A DNA stretch of 64,000 nucleotides from Eubacteriales bacterium (GTDB taxonomy: Bacteria; Bacillota; Clostridia; Oscillospirales; CAG-272). The position numbers and the translations under genes are program-made. Location of the stretch: positions 1,296 to 65,295 of the forward strand of contig JAZODU010000007.1 in NCBI GenBank assembly GCA_045597145.1, given 5' to 3'. The notes below the pieces were generated by a model that saw nothing but the letters and a program-made list of their open reading frames with translations, was not told where the DNA came from and did no database searches. This document shows, piece after piece, positions 27,062 through 38,149 of the stretch (position 1 is the stretch's first letter; each line of letters opens with the position of its first letter).

Positions 27062-28306
27062 ATGGCAGAGCGTTTGATCTTTCACGTTGACGTCAACAGT
27101 GCCTTTCTGTCCTGGGAAGCGACCCGACGCGTGCAAAACGGCGATGCGGATCTGCGCCTGATCCCCGCCGCCATCGGCGGCGACCGCGAATCCCGCCGCG
27201 GCGTGATCCTTGCCAAATCCATTCCTGCAAAAAAATACGGCGTGCAAACGGGTGAGCCTATCGCGCAGGCATTGCGCAAATGCCCCGAGCTTTATCTTGC
27301 AAAGCCGGATTTTCACCTTTACCAAGCATCCTCGCGCGCCTTTATCAAGGTCTGCGAGAAGTACGCCCCCGTAGTCGAGCAGGTTTCCATTGACGAGTGC
27401 TTTTTAGACATGAGCGGCACGTCGCGTCTCTACCCCGATCCGCTTGCCATCGCGCAAACGATCAAGGACGAGATCCGTGACACGCTGGGCTTTACCGTCA
27501 ACGTCGGCATCGGCTCGAACAAGCTTCTTGCCAAAATGGCGAGCGACTTCGAAAAGCCCGACAAGATCCACACGCTTTACGCGCACGAGATCGAAAAAAA
27601 GCTCTGGCCGCTGTCGGTGCGGGATCTGTTCACGGTCGGCAGATCCACCTCCGAACGTCTTATCAGCGTCGGCATCACAACAATCGGCGCGCTGGCACAC
27701 ACAAGCACGGACCAACTCCGCTCCATGTTCGGAAACAAGCCCGGTGAGCATCTGTTCCGCTTTGCCAACGGCATCGACGATTCCCCCGTGCTCGCGGTTG
27801 CGGAGGAAGCTAAGGGCTACAGCAACTCCACCACGCTCCCCGAGGACGTCGTAACGACCGAGGAGGCGCACCGCGTGCTTCTCGCCCTTTCGGACAGCGT
27901 GACCTCACGTATGCGCCGCGACGGCTGCCGCACCATGTGCGTGTCGGTCACGATCCGCGGCAACGATTTCCGCGATCGCTCCCATCAAAAAAAGCTGGAT
28001 AGCCCCACCGATATCACCTCCGAGGTCTTTGCCATCTCCAAAAAGCTCTTTTCCGAGCTTTGGGATCGCCGCACGCCTTTGCGACTGTTGGGCTTGAGCC
28101 TGACGCATCTGACGCGCGAGGAGGCGGAGCAGCTTTCCATGTTCCCCGACGAGAAAAAAGAGCGCGAGCAGGAGCTGGACAAGATCATCGACGGCATCCG
28201 CCGCAAATTCGGCACCGACACCATCGTGCGCGGATCGATCATGGATTACCACAAGAGTGTCGGCAAAAAGCACAAGGCAGAGACTGACGCCGAGCAAGAA
28301 TCATAA
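27062..28306 (+). CDS. dinB: DNA polymerase IV (Y-family)
   Basis: FHVDVNSAFLSWEA, SIDECFLD and GIGSNKLLAKMASD are Y-family blocks. ATG 27062 follows AAAGGAGG. Confidence 0.9.
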   Translation: MAERLIFHVDVNSAFLSWEATRRVQNGDADLRLIPAAIGGDRESRRGVILAKSIPAKKYGVQTGEPIAQALRKCPELYLAKPDFHLYQASSRAFIKVCEKYAPVVEQVSIDECFLDMSGTSRLYPDPLAIAQTIKDEIRDTLGFTVNVGIGSNKLLAKMASDFEKPDKIHTLYAHEIEKKLWPLSVRDLFTVGRSTSERLISVGITTIGALAHTSTDQLRSMFGNKPGEHLFRFANGIDDSPVLAVAEEAKGYSNSTTLPEDVVTTEEAHRVLLALSDSVTSRMRRDGCRTMCVSVTIRGNDFRDRSHQKKLDSPTDITSEVFAISKKLFSELWDRRTPLRLLGLSLTHLTREEAEQLSMFPDEKKEREQELDKIIDGIRRKFGTDTIVRGSIMDYHKSVGKKHKAETDAEQES

Positions 28307-28339
28307 AAGGACGCAAGCCAAAACGGCTTGCGTCCTTTT
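28307..28339. terminator. bidirectional intrinsic terminator
   Basis: AAGGACGCAAGCC-AAAAC-GGCTTGCGTCCTT with A/T flanks, between dinB and polC. Confidence 0.85.
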
Positions 28340-28344
28340 ACATA

Positions 28345-31300
28345 TTAAAAAATGATGCTTAATTGGTCAGTTTCGCTGACGTTATCAAGCACTCCGTTGA
28401 CACGGAGCATCTCAATCTGGGATTTACTGATTTTTGCGCGGATCTGCAGATCCTCAACCGAGAAAAACGGCTCCTCCTCGCGCGCGCTGATGATGCTCTT
28501 CGCTGAGTTTTCGCTAAGTCCCGGCAGGGACGAGAACGGCATACGGATCGCACCGTTTTCGGGCAGGAATGCGTATGCGTCGGATTTTTGGAGATCCACG
28601 GGCAGAAAACGGATTCCGCGTGCCATTGCCTCATTGACAAGCTGGTACGTGGGAATACTCGCCTGCTCGTTTTGCGACGCGTCCTTGCCGCGCTTTTGCA
28701 CGTCGCGCATGTACGCCACGACGCGATCCTTGCCGCCCATGACGATCTGCGCATCAAAGCCCTTGGGTGCGACCGTAAACATCGTGCAATAGAACGCTAC
28801 GGGCTGATGTACCTTGTACCACGCCAGACGGATGGCGGACATAACGTACGCCGCCGCGTGTGCCTTCGGGAAAAGATATTTGATTTTTTTACAGGACAGA
28901 ATGTACCATTCGGGAACGCCGTGGTCGACCATCGCCTGCTCCCATTCGGGTGTCAATCCCTTGCCCTTACGAACTGCCTCCATGATCTTGAACGCCATTG
29001 CGTTTTCAAGACCGTAGCGGATCATATCCAGCATGATACCGTCGCGCGTACCGATGACGCGCGAAATATCGCAAATGCCATCCTTGATCAGATCCTGCGC
29101 GTTGCCGAGCCACACGTTCGTGCCGTGCGTCAATCCCGAGATCTGCAAAAGGTCTGCAAAGTTACGCGGCTTTGCGTCAATCAGTACCTGCTGGATAAAG
29201 GGAGTACCCAATTCGGGAAGCCCGTACGTGCCGATCGTACAGCCCTCGATATCGTCGGGCTTGATGCCCAAGGGCGAGGTGGATTCAAACAGCTCGTACA
29301 CCGAGCGGTCGTTCATCGCCACATCAAGAACCGAGGTGTTTGTAAAGGTTTCAAGCCACTTATATTTGGTCGGTACATCGTGTCCGAGCTCATCAAGCTT
29401 TAAGATCGTGTCATGCAGATACGAGAATGCAAAGTGCGTGGTAATGGTATCCGCATCTTCCTTTTCTGCAGGACGCTGAATCGGCGTAAAGTCGTACACG
29501 TCATACTGCTGCGGCACAACGATGATACCGCCCGGATGCTGACCCGTACTCTTTTTGACGCCCATGCAGTTGAGCGACAGTCGGTTCATCTCGGCGCGCG
29601 AGAGGCTGATCCCCTTTTGCTCAACGTACTTGGCAACGTAGCCGTAAGCCGTCTTGTCCGCAAGCGTGGTCAGCGTTCCCGCACGGAACACGTGCCCCTC
29701 ACCGAAGAGCTCCTCGGTGTATTTGTGAACGCGCCCCTGCACGTCACCCGAGAAGTTCAGGTCGATATCGGGCGACTTATCACCGTAGAAGCCAAGGAAG
29801 GTCTCGAACATGATGTCATGCCCGTCAGCCTTGTATTTCGTTCCGCACTTGGGGCAGTTCTTGTCGGGCAGATCAAAGCCCGAGCCCACCGAGCCGTCGG
29901 TAAAGAACTCGTTGTGCTTGCACGCGGGATTGGGACAATAGTAGTGCGGCGGCAGAGGGTTGACCTCGGAAATACCCGCCATGGTTGCAACGAAGGAAGA
30001 GCCCACCGAGCCGCGCGAGCCGACGAGGTATCCTTGCTCCTCGCTGTAATGCACCAGACGCTGTGCGATGAGATAAAGCACCGAAAAGCCGTTTTTGATG
30101 ATGGAGGTCAGCTCCTTTTCAAGGCGTGCCGTGACAAGCTCGGGCAACGGATCTCCGTACATGCGCTTGGCTCGTTCCCAGCACATATCCTGAAGCTCCT
30201 GCTCCGCGCCCTCCATTTCGGGCGTGTAGCTTCCCTTCGGGATCGGGCGGACGTTTTCGATCATGTCCGCGACAAGATTGGTATTGGTCACGACTACCTC
30301 ATACGCCTTCTCTTCTCCAAGATACGAGAACTCCTCAAGCATTTCCTCGGTGGTGCGGAAATACAGTCCCACCTCGCGGTCGTAGTCGTCAAACTTCTGT
30401 CCCGCCTTGAGGATCTTGCGGTAAAGCTCGTCCTCGCGGTTGAGAAAATGCGCGTCGCAGGTCGCACACACGGGCTTGTTGTATTTCTCACCCAGTGCCA
30501 CGATGCGTCGGTTAAACTCGCGCAGATCCTCCTCGCTTCCAACCTTTCCCTCGTCCAAAAGGAAGCGGTTGTTGCAGATCGGCTGGATCTCGAGATAATC
30601 GTAAAAATTCACGATCTCCTCGATCTCGCTCTCGGGGCGGTTTTCGAGCAACGCCATAAACAGCTCACCCGATTCGCAGGCAGAGCCGACAATAAGTCCC
30701 TCGCGGTGCTGCTCCAGCACGGTCTTGGGGATGCGCGGATTACGCTTGTAATACTCCAGATAGCTCATGGAAATGAGCTTGTAAAGGTTCTTCAGTCCCG
30801 TCTGATTCTTGACCAGAAGGATCTGGTGATAGGGCTTTTTCACCTTCAACGGGTCTGCCTTTTCCACCATTTCGCGGTGCAGGGCGGACAGATCCGCAAG
30901 ATCCAGCTTTTTCATCAGCTCGATCATGTGGAAATAGATCTGCGCCAGCATTTCCGCGTCGTCGCAGGCGCGGTGGTGGTTGAAATCCCCAAGCTCATAC
31001 GCCTTTGCGATGGTATCCAGCTTGTGGTTTTTCAGCTCGGGATTGATATGCTTGGAAAGTGCCAGCGTGTCAAGATAGGGATTCCCGAACGGCAAGCCCG
31101 CCTCCGTGGCGTAGTGACGGATAAAGCCGACGTCAAACTTTGCGTTGTGCGCGATGAGCAACGGCAAGGGCTTTTTATCCTCGCTGTTGCCGATAAAATC
31201 GAAGAACGCACGCAACGCCTCGGGATATTTGGGTGCTCCCGCCACCATCTCGTCGGTAATTCCCGTCAGCTCCACGATATTCTCGGGAATCGGGCATTCG

Positions 31301-32805
31301 GGGTCGACGAAGGTGTTGAAGCGATCGATCACTTCGCCGTTTTTGATCTTCACGGCACCGATCTCGGTGATCCTGCAGGTCTGAAAATGCAGACCCGTCG
31401 TTTCAATATCAAACACGACGCACTCCGCGTCAAAGCTCGGATCATACGTACCCGAGATCGCACTCGCAGTGTTGTTGACAAAATAGGATTCAATTCCGTA
31501 GATCACCTTAAAGGGCTGATCCGCGCCAATCTTGTCCCACGCCAGCATCGCCTCGGGATACGCCTGCACGTTTCCGTGGTCAGTGATCGCCACGGCGGGC
31601 ATACCCCATTTGTACGCCGTTTTCACGGCAACGTCGGGCGGAATCAGCGCGTCCATGGTCGAGAGCGAGGTGTGCAGATGCAGCTCCACGCGTTTCTTTT
31701 CGGCGCGATCCTTACGCTGGATCTTGGAGATCTTTGCGATATCGGTGTAATAGAAGGTAAAATCGGTGTCTACCTTTCCCTTGCGCGTCACCTTTTTGAC
31801 GTATCCTCTCATCGCCACGACCGTACCGTCCTTGATCACGCCCTTGAGTTGCTCAAGCTCCTCGACCTCCATACCGAAGGTGCGGTGCTCGATCGATGCG
31901 TTGCCGTCAAAGACATCGAAGGATACGTCGAATTTACCGCCGCCGCGGCTCTCCTCCTCCTTGTAGCCGAAGACCTCGCCCACGATCACAAGGTTTCGCA
32001 TCGGCTTGTCGATCGATGCGATGGTCACGGGACGGATCTCAAACGGCTCGCCAAGCACGTATTCGGGTGAGGACAGATCGTAGGTTTCAAAGCCGATGCG
32101 GCATTTGCCCTCGCTGACATCGGGAAACATCTCCACGTCGTAGATCGATGCCGCCCGCGGCAGCATCTCCTTTTCTTCTTCAACAGGGGCACTGCTCGTC
32201 CACTCCCCTGCCGCCTGCGCCTTTTGCATCGCGATGTACTGCTCCTCGGCGCGCGCCGCATCGCGTCCCATCTGCGCCAAGCGCTCGTCAAAGTCGTTCC
32301 GGTAATCGGCAGGATCAAAGTTCTTCATGCGCCGCACCTCAACGTGCAGGGAAACGCCGAACTCGTTTTTCACGATCTGCTCCATGACCTCGGGGGTCTT
32401 GGCATCATAGATCAAGCCCACGCCCCCCTCGGTAAACGGGATCTCAACGATCAGCTCCCCGTTGCCCAGCTGATACTCGCAATGATTGAAAAAGCCGTTG
32501 GCAACAAGACCGCGGCGGTTGGTTTCGCGAAGCAGATCGGGGATCTGCCCCACGTCAAAAAGTGCCGCGTTGTAGCGCGGACAGATGCGAACCATATTCA
32601 ATTCATACGCCACGCGGATCTCCTCTTCGATGCGGTAAAGCTCGCTCTTGGGCACGATCCGCGGAAATGGGGCCGTGACCTCGATGATGCGCTGCTCCTT
32701 GTCCGCGCGCAGAGAGATCCCCTCGGGATCCGCCGAGAGAAGGATCTCGGCGGTTTTCCCATCGGGCTCGTATCGGTTAAATATTTCCAGAAAATTTTTG
32801 CTCAT
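28345..32805 (-). CDS. polC: DNA polymerase III PolC-type alpha subunit
   Basis: 1486 aa. It has an internal DEDDh exonuclease (VVFDIETTG...HRACDDAE), a PHP domain, the pol III alpha core and a zinc finger (CPNPACKH...CPKCG). Confidence 0.97.
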   Translation of the reverse strand: MSKNFLEIFNRYEPDGKTAEILLSADPEGISLRADKEQRIIEVTAPFPRIVPKSELYRIEEEIRVAYELNMVRICPRYNAALFDVGQIPDLLRETNRRGLVANGFFNHCEYQLGNGELIVEIPFTEGGVGLIYDAKTPEVMEQIVKNEFGVSLHVEVRRMKNFDPADYRNDFDERLAQMGRDAARAEEQYIAMQKAQAAGEWTSSAPVEEEKEMLPRAASIYDVEMFPDVSEGKCRIGFETYDLSSPEYVLGEPFEIRPVTIASIDKPMRNLVIVGEVFGYKEEESRGGGKFDVSFDVFDGNASIEHRTFGMEVEELEQLKGVIKDGTVVAMRGYVKKVTRKGKVDTDFTFYYTDIAKISKIQRKDRAEKKRVELHLHTSLSTMDALIPPDVAVKTAYKWGMPAVAITDHGNVQAYPEAMLAWDKIGADQPFKVIYGIESYFVNNTASAISGTYDPSFDAECVVFDIETTGLHFQTCRITEIGAVKIKNGEVIDRFNTFVDPECPIPENIVELTGITDEMVAGAPKYPEALRAFFDFIGNSEDKKPLPLLIAHNAKFDVGFIRHYATEAGLPFGNPYLDTLALSKHINPELKNHKLDTIAKAYELGDFNHHRACDDAEMLAQIYFHMIELMKKLDLADLSALHREMVEKADPLKVKKPYHQILLVKNQTGLKNLYKLISMSYLEYYKRNPRIPKTVLEQHREGLIVGSACESGELFMALLENRPESEIEEIVNFYDYLEIQPICNNRFLLDEGKVGSEEDLREFNRRIVALGEKYNKPVCATCDAHFLNREDELYRKILKAGQKFDDYDREVGLYFRTTEEMLEEFSYLGEEKAYEVVVTNTNLVADMIENVRPIPKGSYTPEMEGAEQELQDMCWERAKRMYGDPLPELVTARLEKELTSIIKNGFSVLYLIAQRLVHYSEEQGYLVGSRGSVGSSFVATMAGISEVNPLPPHYYCPNPACKHNEFFTDGSVGSGFDLPDKNCPKCGTKYKADGHDIMFETFLGFYGDKSPDIDLNFSGDVQGRVHKYTEELFGEGHVFRAGTLTTLADKTAYGYVAKYVEQKGISLSRAEMNRLSLNCMGVKKSTGQHPGGIIVVPQQYDVYDFTPIQRPAEKEDADTITTHFAFSYLHDTILKLDELGHDVPTKYKWLETFTNTSVLDVAMNDRSVYELFESTSPLGIKPDDIEGCTIGTYGLPELGTPFIQQVLIDAKPRNFADLLQISGLTHGTNVWLGNAQDLIKDGICDISRVIGTRDGIMLDMIRYGLENAMAFKIMEAVRKGKGLTPEWEQAMVDHGVPEWYILSCKKIKYLFPKAHAAAYVMSAIRLAWYKVHQPVAFYCTMFTVAPKGFDAQIVMGGKDRVVAYMRDVQKRGKDASQNEQASIPTYQLVNEAMARGIRFLPVDLQKSDAYAFLPENGAIRMPFSSLPGLSENSAKSIISAREEEPFFSVEDLQIRAKISKSQIEMLRVNGVLDNVSETDQLSIIF

Positions 32806-33890
32806 TTTTTGTCCTTCAGCATGCGGATCTCCCGCAACAGTCGTTCAATGATCTCGGATTCGGGAATCTTTTCCACAGTTTCTCCGTGGCGGAACAACAC
32901 CGCCTCGCCGCGGCCTCCCGCGATCCCCACGTCCGCCTCGCGCGCCTCTCCGGGGCCGTTGACAACACAGCCCATCAGCGCCACCTTCACGGGCACGTCC
33001 TCAAGTCCTGCCTCGCGCACCGCCGCCTCAAACCGCTTGACCAGCGGGATCAGGTCGATCTTCGTGCGCGCACAGGTGGGGCAGCTGACGATATCCATAC
33101 CGCTCTGCCCCTCCATGCCAACGGCGCGCAGAATCTGCTTTGCCGCACCGATCTCCTCCACGGGATCGTCGGTCAGGGATACGCGGATCGTGTCGCCAAT
33201 GCCGTCGCACAGGAGCGAGCCGATGCCGACCGCGCTTTTGATCAGTCCGCGATTGCCGCCGCCCGCCTCGGTCACGCCCAGATGCAGAGGATAGTCGCAT
33301 TTCGCCGCCAACAGACGGTTTGCCGCGATCATGTCCGAAACGGTGGACGCCTTGATCGAGATCAGCGTATCGTAAAATCCGAATCGCTCCAGGAGCGAGA
33401 TATGGTAAAGCGCGCTCTCGCACAGCGCATCGGGCGTGGGCGAGCCGTATTTTGCAAGGATCTGCTTTTCAAGCGAGCCGCTGTTGACCCCTACGCGGAT
33501 CGGGATCCCCCGCTCGCGGCAAGCGTCGCACACCGCCTTGACGCGGTCGTCCTCCCCGATATTCCCGGGATTGATGCGGATCTTATCAAAGCCCAGCTCC
33601 GCACAGCGCAGGGCAATGCGATAGTCAAAATGAATGTCCGCCACGATCGGGAGCTTCACGCCCGCTTCTTTGATTTTCCAAACGGTATAAGCCGCCTCCT
33701 CGGAGGGCACCGAGATGCGCACGATGTCACACCCTGCCGCCTCAAGACGTCGAATCTGATCCACCGTTGCCACGGCGTCCAGAGTATCCGTGTTTGTCAT
33801 GGATTGGATCGCAATGGGCGCGTCACCGCCCAGCGTCAGCCCCCCCACCTTGACCGCACGCGTTTTTCTTCTAATGTCGTTGTATTTCAT
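32802..33890 (-). CDS. ispG: 4-hydroxy-3-methylbut-2-en-1-yl diphosphate synthase
   Basis: VGGLTLGGDAPIAIQSMTNT...RINPGNIG...VSCPTCART...MGCVVNGPGE. It has a 4-nt overlap with polC. Confidence 0.95.
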   Translation of the reverse strand: MKYNDIRRKTRAVKVGGLTLGGDAPIAIQSMTNTDTLDAVATVDQIRRLEAAGCDIVRISVPSEEAAYTVWKIKEAGVKLPIVADIHFDYRIALRCAELGFDKIRINPGNIGEDDRVKAVCDACRERGIPIRVGVNSGSLEKQILAKYGSPTPDALCESALYHISLLERFGFYDTLISIKASTVSDMIAANRLLAAKCDYPLHLGVTEAGGGNRGLIKSAVGIGSLLCDGIGDTIRVSLTDDPVEEIGAAKQILRAVGMEGQSGMDIVSCPTCARTKIDLIPLVKRFEAAVREAGLEDVPVKVALMGCVVNGPGEAREADVGIAGGRGEAVLFRHGETVEKIPESEIIERLLREIRMLKDKK

Positions 33891-35275
33891 AATAGTGTAA
33901 TCACGTCCTTTATCGCCACGACCACTGCCAAAGACAGGATCAGGATCAATCCTACGAAATTGATGACCGCCTCAAGCTCTTTTTTCATGGGCTTGCGGCG
34001 CACCGCCTCGATCAGATAAATGAAGATGTGCCCACCGTCAAGTGCCGGCAGCGGCAACAGATTCATGATACCGAGGTTGATGGAAATGATAACGATCAGG
34101 TACAAAAGGCTCGTAAAGCCCATCTGCACCACGTTGCCGACCTGCTTGGTAATACCGATCGGCCCCGACATTGCCTCCAAGCCAAACCGTCCCGTAAAGA
34201 GCCCCGCCAAAGAATCGAACACGGTTTTGACCGTGGAAACCGAGCGGAACCACGTGTGCTTCATGACCGTAGGGAAATCGAAATATGCCTCGCGGTAAGG
34301 CACCAGATCCACCCAACCAAAATAAACACCGCTATCCTGCTGTCTGTAAAAACGAACGTCCTTGAGAACGATCTCCCGACCGTCACGCAGCACCGTCAAT
34401 TCAACCGGACGGTAGCCCTGGTTGGTCAGCTCATAATAAAGCTCGTTATAGGTGTGCACTCTTGCGGAATTGACCTTCAGAATTTCATCGTTGATCCGCA
34501 GTCCGCTCTCCTCGCCGCCCGCACGGCGCAAGGCACCGAGCAGCTCGTCGTCGATCGCCGTTTTGAAGGTGACCATTTCGTAGCTCGTACCCGCCTCATT
34601 TACGCGGCGAACGGTGACGTCAAATTCCTTTCCGGGATTTTCGGCAAGATATTGCTCCAGCTGACTGTAAGACAGAATGCGTTTGCCGTCCAAGGCGTGA
34701 AGATAGTCGCCCGTCTGAAAGCCGCACTGCTCCTCCTCGCTGAAATAGTAGATATCAAAGCCGCCGATGATGTTGGTCGCCATCGCGTCATGACCCGACA
34801 TCAACACCAACACCAGCATCAGCACAAAGCCGAGCAGAACGTTCATAAAGGGGCCCGCCAAGGAGATCAAGAGCCGCTTCCAAACGCTCTGGTTGCAATA
34901 CGCCTGCTTTGCAAGCGCGGGATCAAGCTCGGTCTCGAGTAATTCCGACTCTTGAGCGGTGTCGATCTCCTCAGCGTCATTGACAAGCGTTTCCGCCAGC
35001 TCTTTTTTCAAGGCTTCTTCCCCGTTGTCGCCCTGCACCGCCTCCATGCCGTTCTCACCGAGCATATTGACAAAGCCGCCGATGGGAAAGGCGCGCAAAG
35101 CGTACACCGTCCCAGACTTTTTGCCCCTCAACGACAAAAGCTTCGGGCCCATACCGATCGCAAATTCCAAAACCTTGACACCGCACAGGCGTGCCACGAT
35201 AAAATGCCCCAATTCATGGATAAAGATCAACAACCCGAAGATCAGGAGCGCCAAAAGGATATAGAGAACCGTCAA
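33887..35275 (-). CDS. rseP: RIP metalloprotease RseP/RasP (site-2 protease)
   Basis: HELGHF zinc motif, PDZ region, and C-terminal NLLPLPALDGG. Confidence 0.92.
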   Translation of the reverse strand: MTVLYILLALLIFGLLIFIHELGHFIVARLCGVKVLEFAIGMGPKLLSLRGKKSGTVYALRAFPIGGFVNMLGENGMEAVQGDNGEEALKKELAETLVNDAEEIDTAQESELLETELDPALAKQAYCNQSVWKRLLISLAGPFMNVLLGFVLMLVLVLMSGHDAMATNIIGGFDIYYFSEEEQCGFQTGDYLHALDGKRILSYSQLEQYLAENPGKEFDVTVRRVNEAGTSYEMVTFKTAIDDELLGALRRAGGEESGLRINDEILKVNSARVHTYNELYYELTNQGYRPVELTVLRDGREIVLKDVRFYRQQDSGVYFGWVDLVPYREAYFDFPTVMKHTWFRSVSTVKTVFDSLAGLFTGRFGLEAMSGPIGITKQVGNVVQMGFTSLLYLIVIISINLGIMNLLPLPALDGGHIFIYLIEAVRRKPMKKELEAVINFVGLILILSLAVVVAIKDVITLL

Positions 35276-35301
35276 ATTTTATTCCTCCGTAATAATAGCC
35301 G

Positions 35302-36477
35302 TTAGTGCTTTGCAAGAAATTCGTTGGCAAGCGATCTTGCCGCGCCGTCAAACGCATAAATGTCCTCAAGAGAACAGATCCTCGCCGCATCGGGCAGAGC
35401 GTTGACCGTTTTCTCCACAAGGTCAAAGATCCCGACGAAATCCAGCTTCTTGTCAAGAAACGCACCGACCGCCACCTCGTTGGCAGCGTTCAGGACCGCC
35501 GGAACCGCACCGCCCGTGCGAATGGCATCCAGAGCCAGACGCAGCAGCGTAAAGGTTTCGGCATCGGGACGCGCAAAGGTCATCTTCCCCACCATCGTCA
35601 AGTCCAGCGGCGGAATGACCGCCTCGGTGCGCACGGGGTGCGTCAGCGCGTACTGCACGCACAGGCGCATGTCGGGCACCGACATCTGCGCGATCACGCT
35701 GTTATCAATGTATTCGATCGCAGAGTGCATTATGCTCTCGCGGTGCACCAGCACCTCGATCTGCTCGGGTGTTACCCCAAACAGATGCACCGCCTCGATC
35801 ACCTCAAAGCCCTTGTTCATCAGCGTCGCGCTGTCGATCGTGATCTTCGCCCCCATATTCCACGTGGGGTGCGCCAAGGCACGTTCGGGCGTGATTCCCG
35901 CCAGCTCCTCACGCTTCATGCCGTAAAAGGGCCCGCCCGACGCCGTCAGCAGAATGCGCTTGATCTCCTTTTGCGTGCCTGCGCGCAGAGCCTGAAAGAT
36001 CGCGCTGTGCTCGCTGTCAACGGGCAAGATTTCCACGCTCTTCGCCTCGGCAAGCTTCATCACAAAGTCGCCCGCGCACACGAGAGATTCCTTGTTGGCA
36101 AGCGCCAGCTTCTTCCCCGCCTGCAGGGTTGCGATCGTCGGACGCAAGCCCGCCTCTCCGATAATGGAATTGACGACCGCCTCGTTTTCATCATAAGACT
36201 GTGCGATCATCTCGCAAATGCCGTCCATACCCGCGTAAACCTTGATGTCGGTATCGGCAAGACGCACCGCCAAATCCTTTGCCGCCTCGCGGTCTGCCAT
36301 GGCGCACGCCTTGACGTGCAAGGATCTTGCCTGCACCTCGACACGCGACACACTGCGGTTCGCGGAGATCGCGTTGACACGGATCCCGTTGCGGCGCGCC
36401 ACGTCGATCGCCTGCTCTCCCACGGATCCGGTCGATCCGAGAATGGTCACAGACGGATATACAGAATTGTTAAGCAT
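35302..36477 (-). CDS. dxr: 1-deoxy-D-xylulose 5-phosphate reductoisomerase
   Basis: ILGSTGSVGEQAIDV (NADPH site), LANKESLV and DSEHSAIFQ. ATG 36477 was chosen because the track ORF extends 5' into cdsA. Confidence 0.95.
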   Translation of the reverse strand: MLNNSVYPSVTILGSTGSVGEQAIDVARRNGIRVNAISANRSVSRVEVQARSLHVKACAMADREAAKDLAVRLADTDIKVYAGMDGICEMIAQSYDENEAVVNSIIGEAGLRPTIATLQAGKKLALANKESLVCAGDFVMKLAEAKSVEILPVDSEHSAIFQALRAGTQKEIKRILLTASGGPFYGMKREELAGITPERALAHPTWNMGAKITIDSATLMNKGFEVIEAVHLFGVTPEQIEVLVHRESIMHSAIEYIDNSVIAQMSVPDMRLCVQYALTHPVRTEAVIPPLDLTMVGKMTFARPDAETFTLLRLALDAIRTGGAVPAVLNAANEVAVGAFLDKKLDFVGIFDLVEKTVNALPDAARICSLEDIYAFDGAARSLANEFLAKH

Positions 36478-36481
36478 CCAA

Positions 36482-37342
36482 TCACCCCTTCGCAAAGAAA
36501 TCAAAGAAGGAGGTAAATGCCATAAGCGACACGGAAACCGCAATGATCGAGTCAAAGCGATCGATCATGCCGCCGTGTCCCGGGAAGATCTTGCCATAAT
36601 CCTTGATTCCGTATGTACGCTTGACAACAGACATCACAAGATCCCCGATCTGCGACACGATGGACGCGATCAAGCCGCCCAGCGCAAAGATCAGAAGAGA
36701 CGCGTCCTCTTCCAGGAAATGATTGCATACCAATCCAAAGCCCACCATGGTCAGCACGCAGAACAGCATGCCGCCAATGCTTCCCTCCACCGTCTTCTTG
36801 GGACTTACATCGGGGATCAGCTTGTGCTTGCCGCCGCGCCCGAACAGAACGCCGCAGAAATACGCAAAGATATCCGTAATCCAAGCCCCGAGGAAGATCG
36901 TCAGGTACGCAAGATGCCCCTGATGGCGGTGCATGCGCATCACAAGGATCCCGTTAAAGCCGAGCAGGATATAGAACACTGTGGCAAACAGTATGCACAC
37001 GTCCGCCAGCTTGTATTTTCCGTGAGAAAAAGTCATCACGGCAAAGAAATACAGCAGCATGCCAAGAGCGAGTGCCATCATACACTTGAGCAACAGATAT
37101 TTGGTGGCATCGGTGTTCGTCGCTCCGATGTAACGCACCAGAAAGGGCGCGCCCGCCGCAATGAGATAGAGCGGAACGGTCAGGACGTGCGCCTTATGAA
37201 GACCAATGCAGCGCGCCATTTCAAAGACCGCCAGCACCGAGCACGCCGCAATGCCGAGCGGCAGCGCAAAGGTGTCCGAAAAGATCAGCACCGGAATCAG
37301 TACACAGGTGGCGATCAGCGCGGTAATAATACGTTGTTTCAT
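36482..37342 (-). CDS. cdsA: phosphatidate cytidylyltransferase
   Basis: It is polytopic and has the C-terminal CDS signature SVVKRTYGIKDYGKIFPGHGGMIDRFDS. ATG 37342 follows GGGAGG. Confidence 0.92.
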   Translation of the reverse strand: MKQRIITALIATCVLIPVLIFSDTFALPLGIAACSVLAVFEMARCIGLHKAHVLTVPLYLIAAGAPFLVRYIGATNTDATKYLLLKCMMALALGMLLYFFAVMTFSHGKYKLADVCILFATVFYILLGFNGILVMRMHRHQGHLAYLTIFLGAWITDIFAYFCGVLFGRGGKHKLIPDVSPKKTVEGSIGGMLFCVLTMVGFGLVCNHFLEEDASLLIFALGGLIASIVSQIGDLVMSVVKRTYGIKDYGKIFPGHGGMIDRFDSIIAVSVSLMAFTSFFDFFAKG

Positions 37343-37368
37343 GAATATTCCTCCCTTGCAAGGTAAGA

Positions 37369-38091
37369 TCAAACGCCACCGTAACGGCGTTTTCTGGAAT
37401 AAAAGACGGCTATTGCCGCATCGACGTCCGCGTCCTTAAAATCGGGCCAGAGAACGTCGGTAAACAGATACTCGGTGTAAGCCGACTGCCAGAGCATAAA
37501 GTTGGAGATACGCAGATCTCCCCCCGTGCGCACGACAAGATCGGGATCGGGACAGCCCTTGGTATAGATCCGCGCATTGATGTCCGCCTCGGTGACGCTC
37601 GTCTTCCCCTCGCGGATCAGCTCGTTGCAGGCATGCACGATCTCCTCGCGTCCGCCGTAGTTGACCGCAATGTTCAAAAGGAATGGTCTGTCCGAGGTCT
37701 CGCGGTCCAGCCGCTCCATTTTCTCGCGCAGCTCCGCCGGAAAAACGTCGAGATTGCCCACGAATCGAAAATGCACGTTCTTCGCCTCCGCGTCGGTAAA
37801 GCACTGCTCGGTGTATCGGTCAAGCAGCCCCATGATCGTATCCACTTCCTTTTGCGGACGCTTCCAGTTCTCGGTGGAAAACGCGTAAACGGTCATGTAT
37901 TTCAGCCCAATGCTCTCACAATAGCGACCGATCCTGCGAAAGGTCTCCGCACCGTGCGAATGCCCGAATTCACGCGGCATGCCCCTCTTTTGCGCCCAAC
38001 GGCCGTTGCCGTCCATAATAAACGCAATGTGCTGCAGCCGCTCGTCGATCTGCACCTTTTCTGCCTGTTTTTTCTTTTTTCCAAAAAGCAT
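37369..38091 (-). CDS. uppS: isoprenyl transferase (undecaprenyl diphosphate synthase)
   Basis: HIAFIMDGNGRWA, FSTENWKRP and RTGGDLRISNFMLWQSAYTE. Confidence 0.95.
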   Translation of the reverse strand: MLFGKKKKQAEKVQIDERLQHIAFIMDGNGRWAQKRGMPREFGHSHGAETFRRIGRYCESIGLKYMTVYAFSTENWKRPQKEVDTIMGLLDRYTEQCFTDAEAKNVHFRFVGNLDVFPAELREKMERLDRETSDRPFLLNIAVNYGGREEIVHACNELIREGKTSVTEADINARIYTKGCPDPDLVVRTGGDLRISNFMLWQSAYTEYLFTDVLWPDFKDADVDAAIAVFYSRKRRYGGV

Positions 38092-38149
38092 ATACTACCC
38101 CTTTTCACGAGCATTCGCCGGGTTATAAACAAACCCGGCGAGAGCAAAC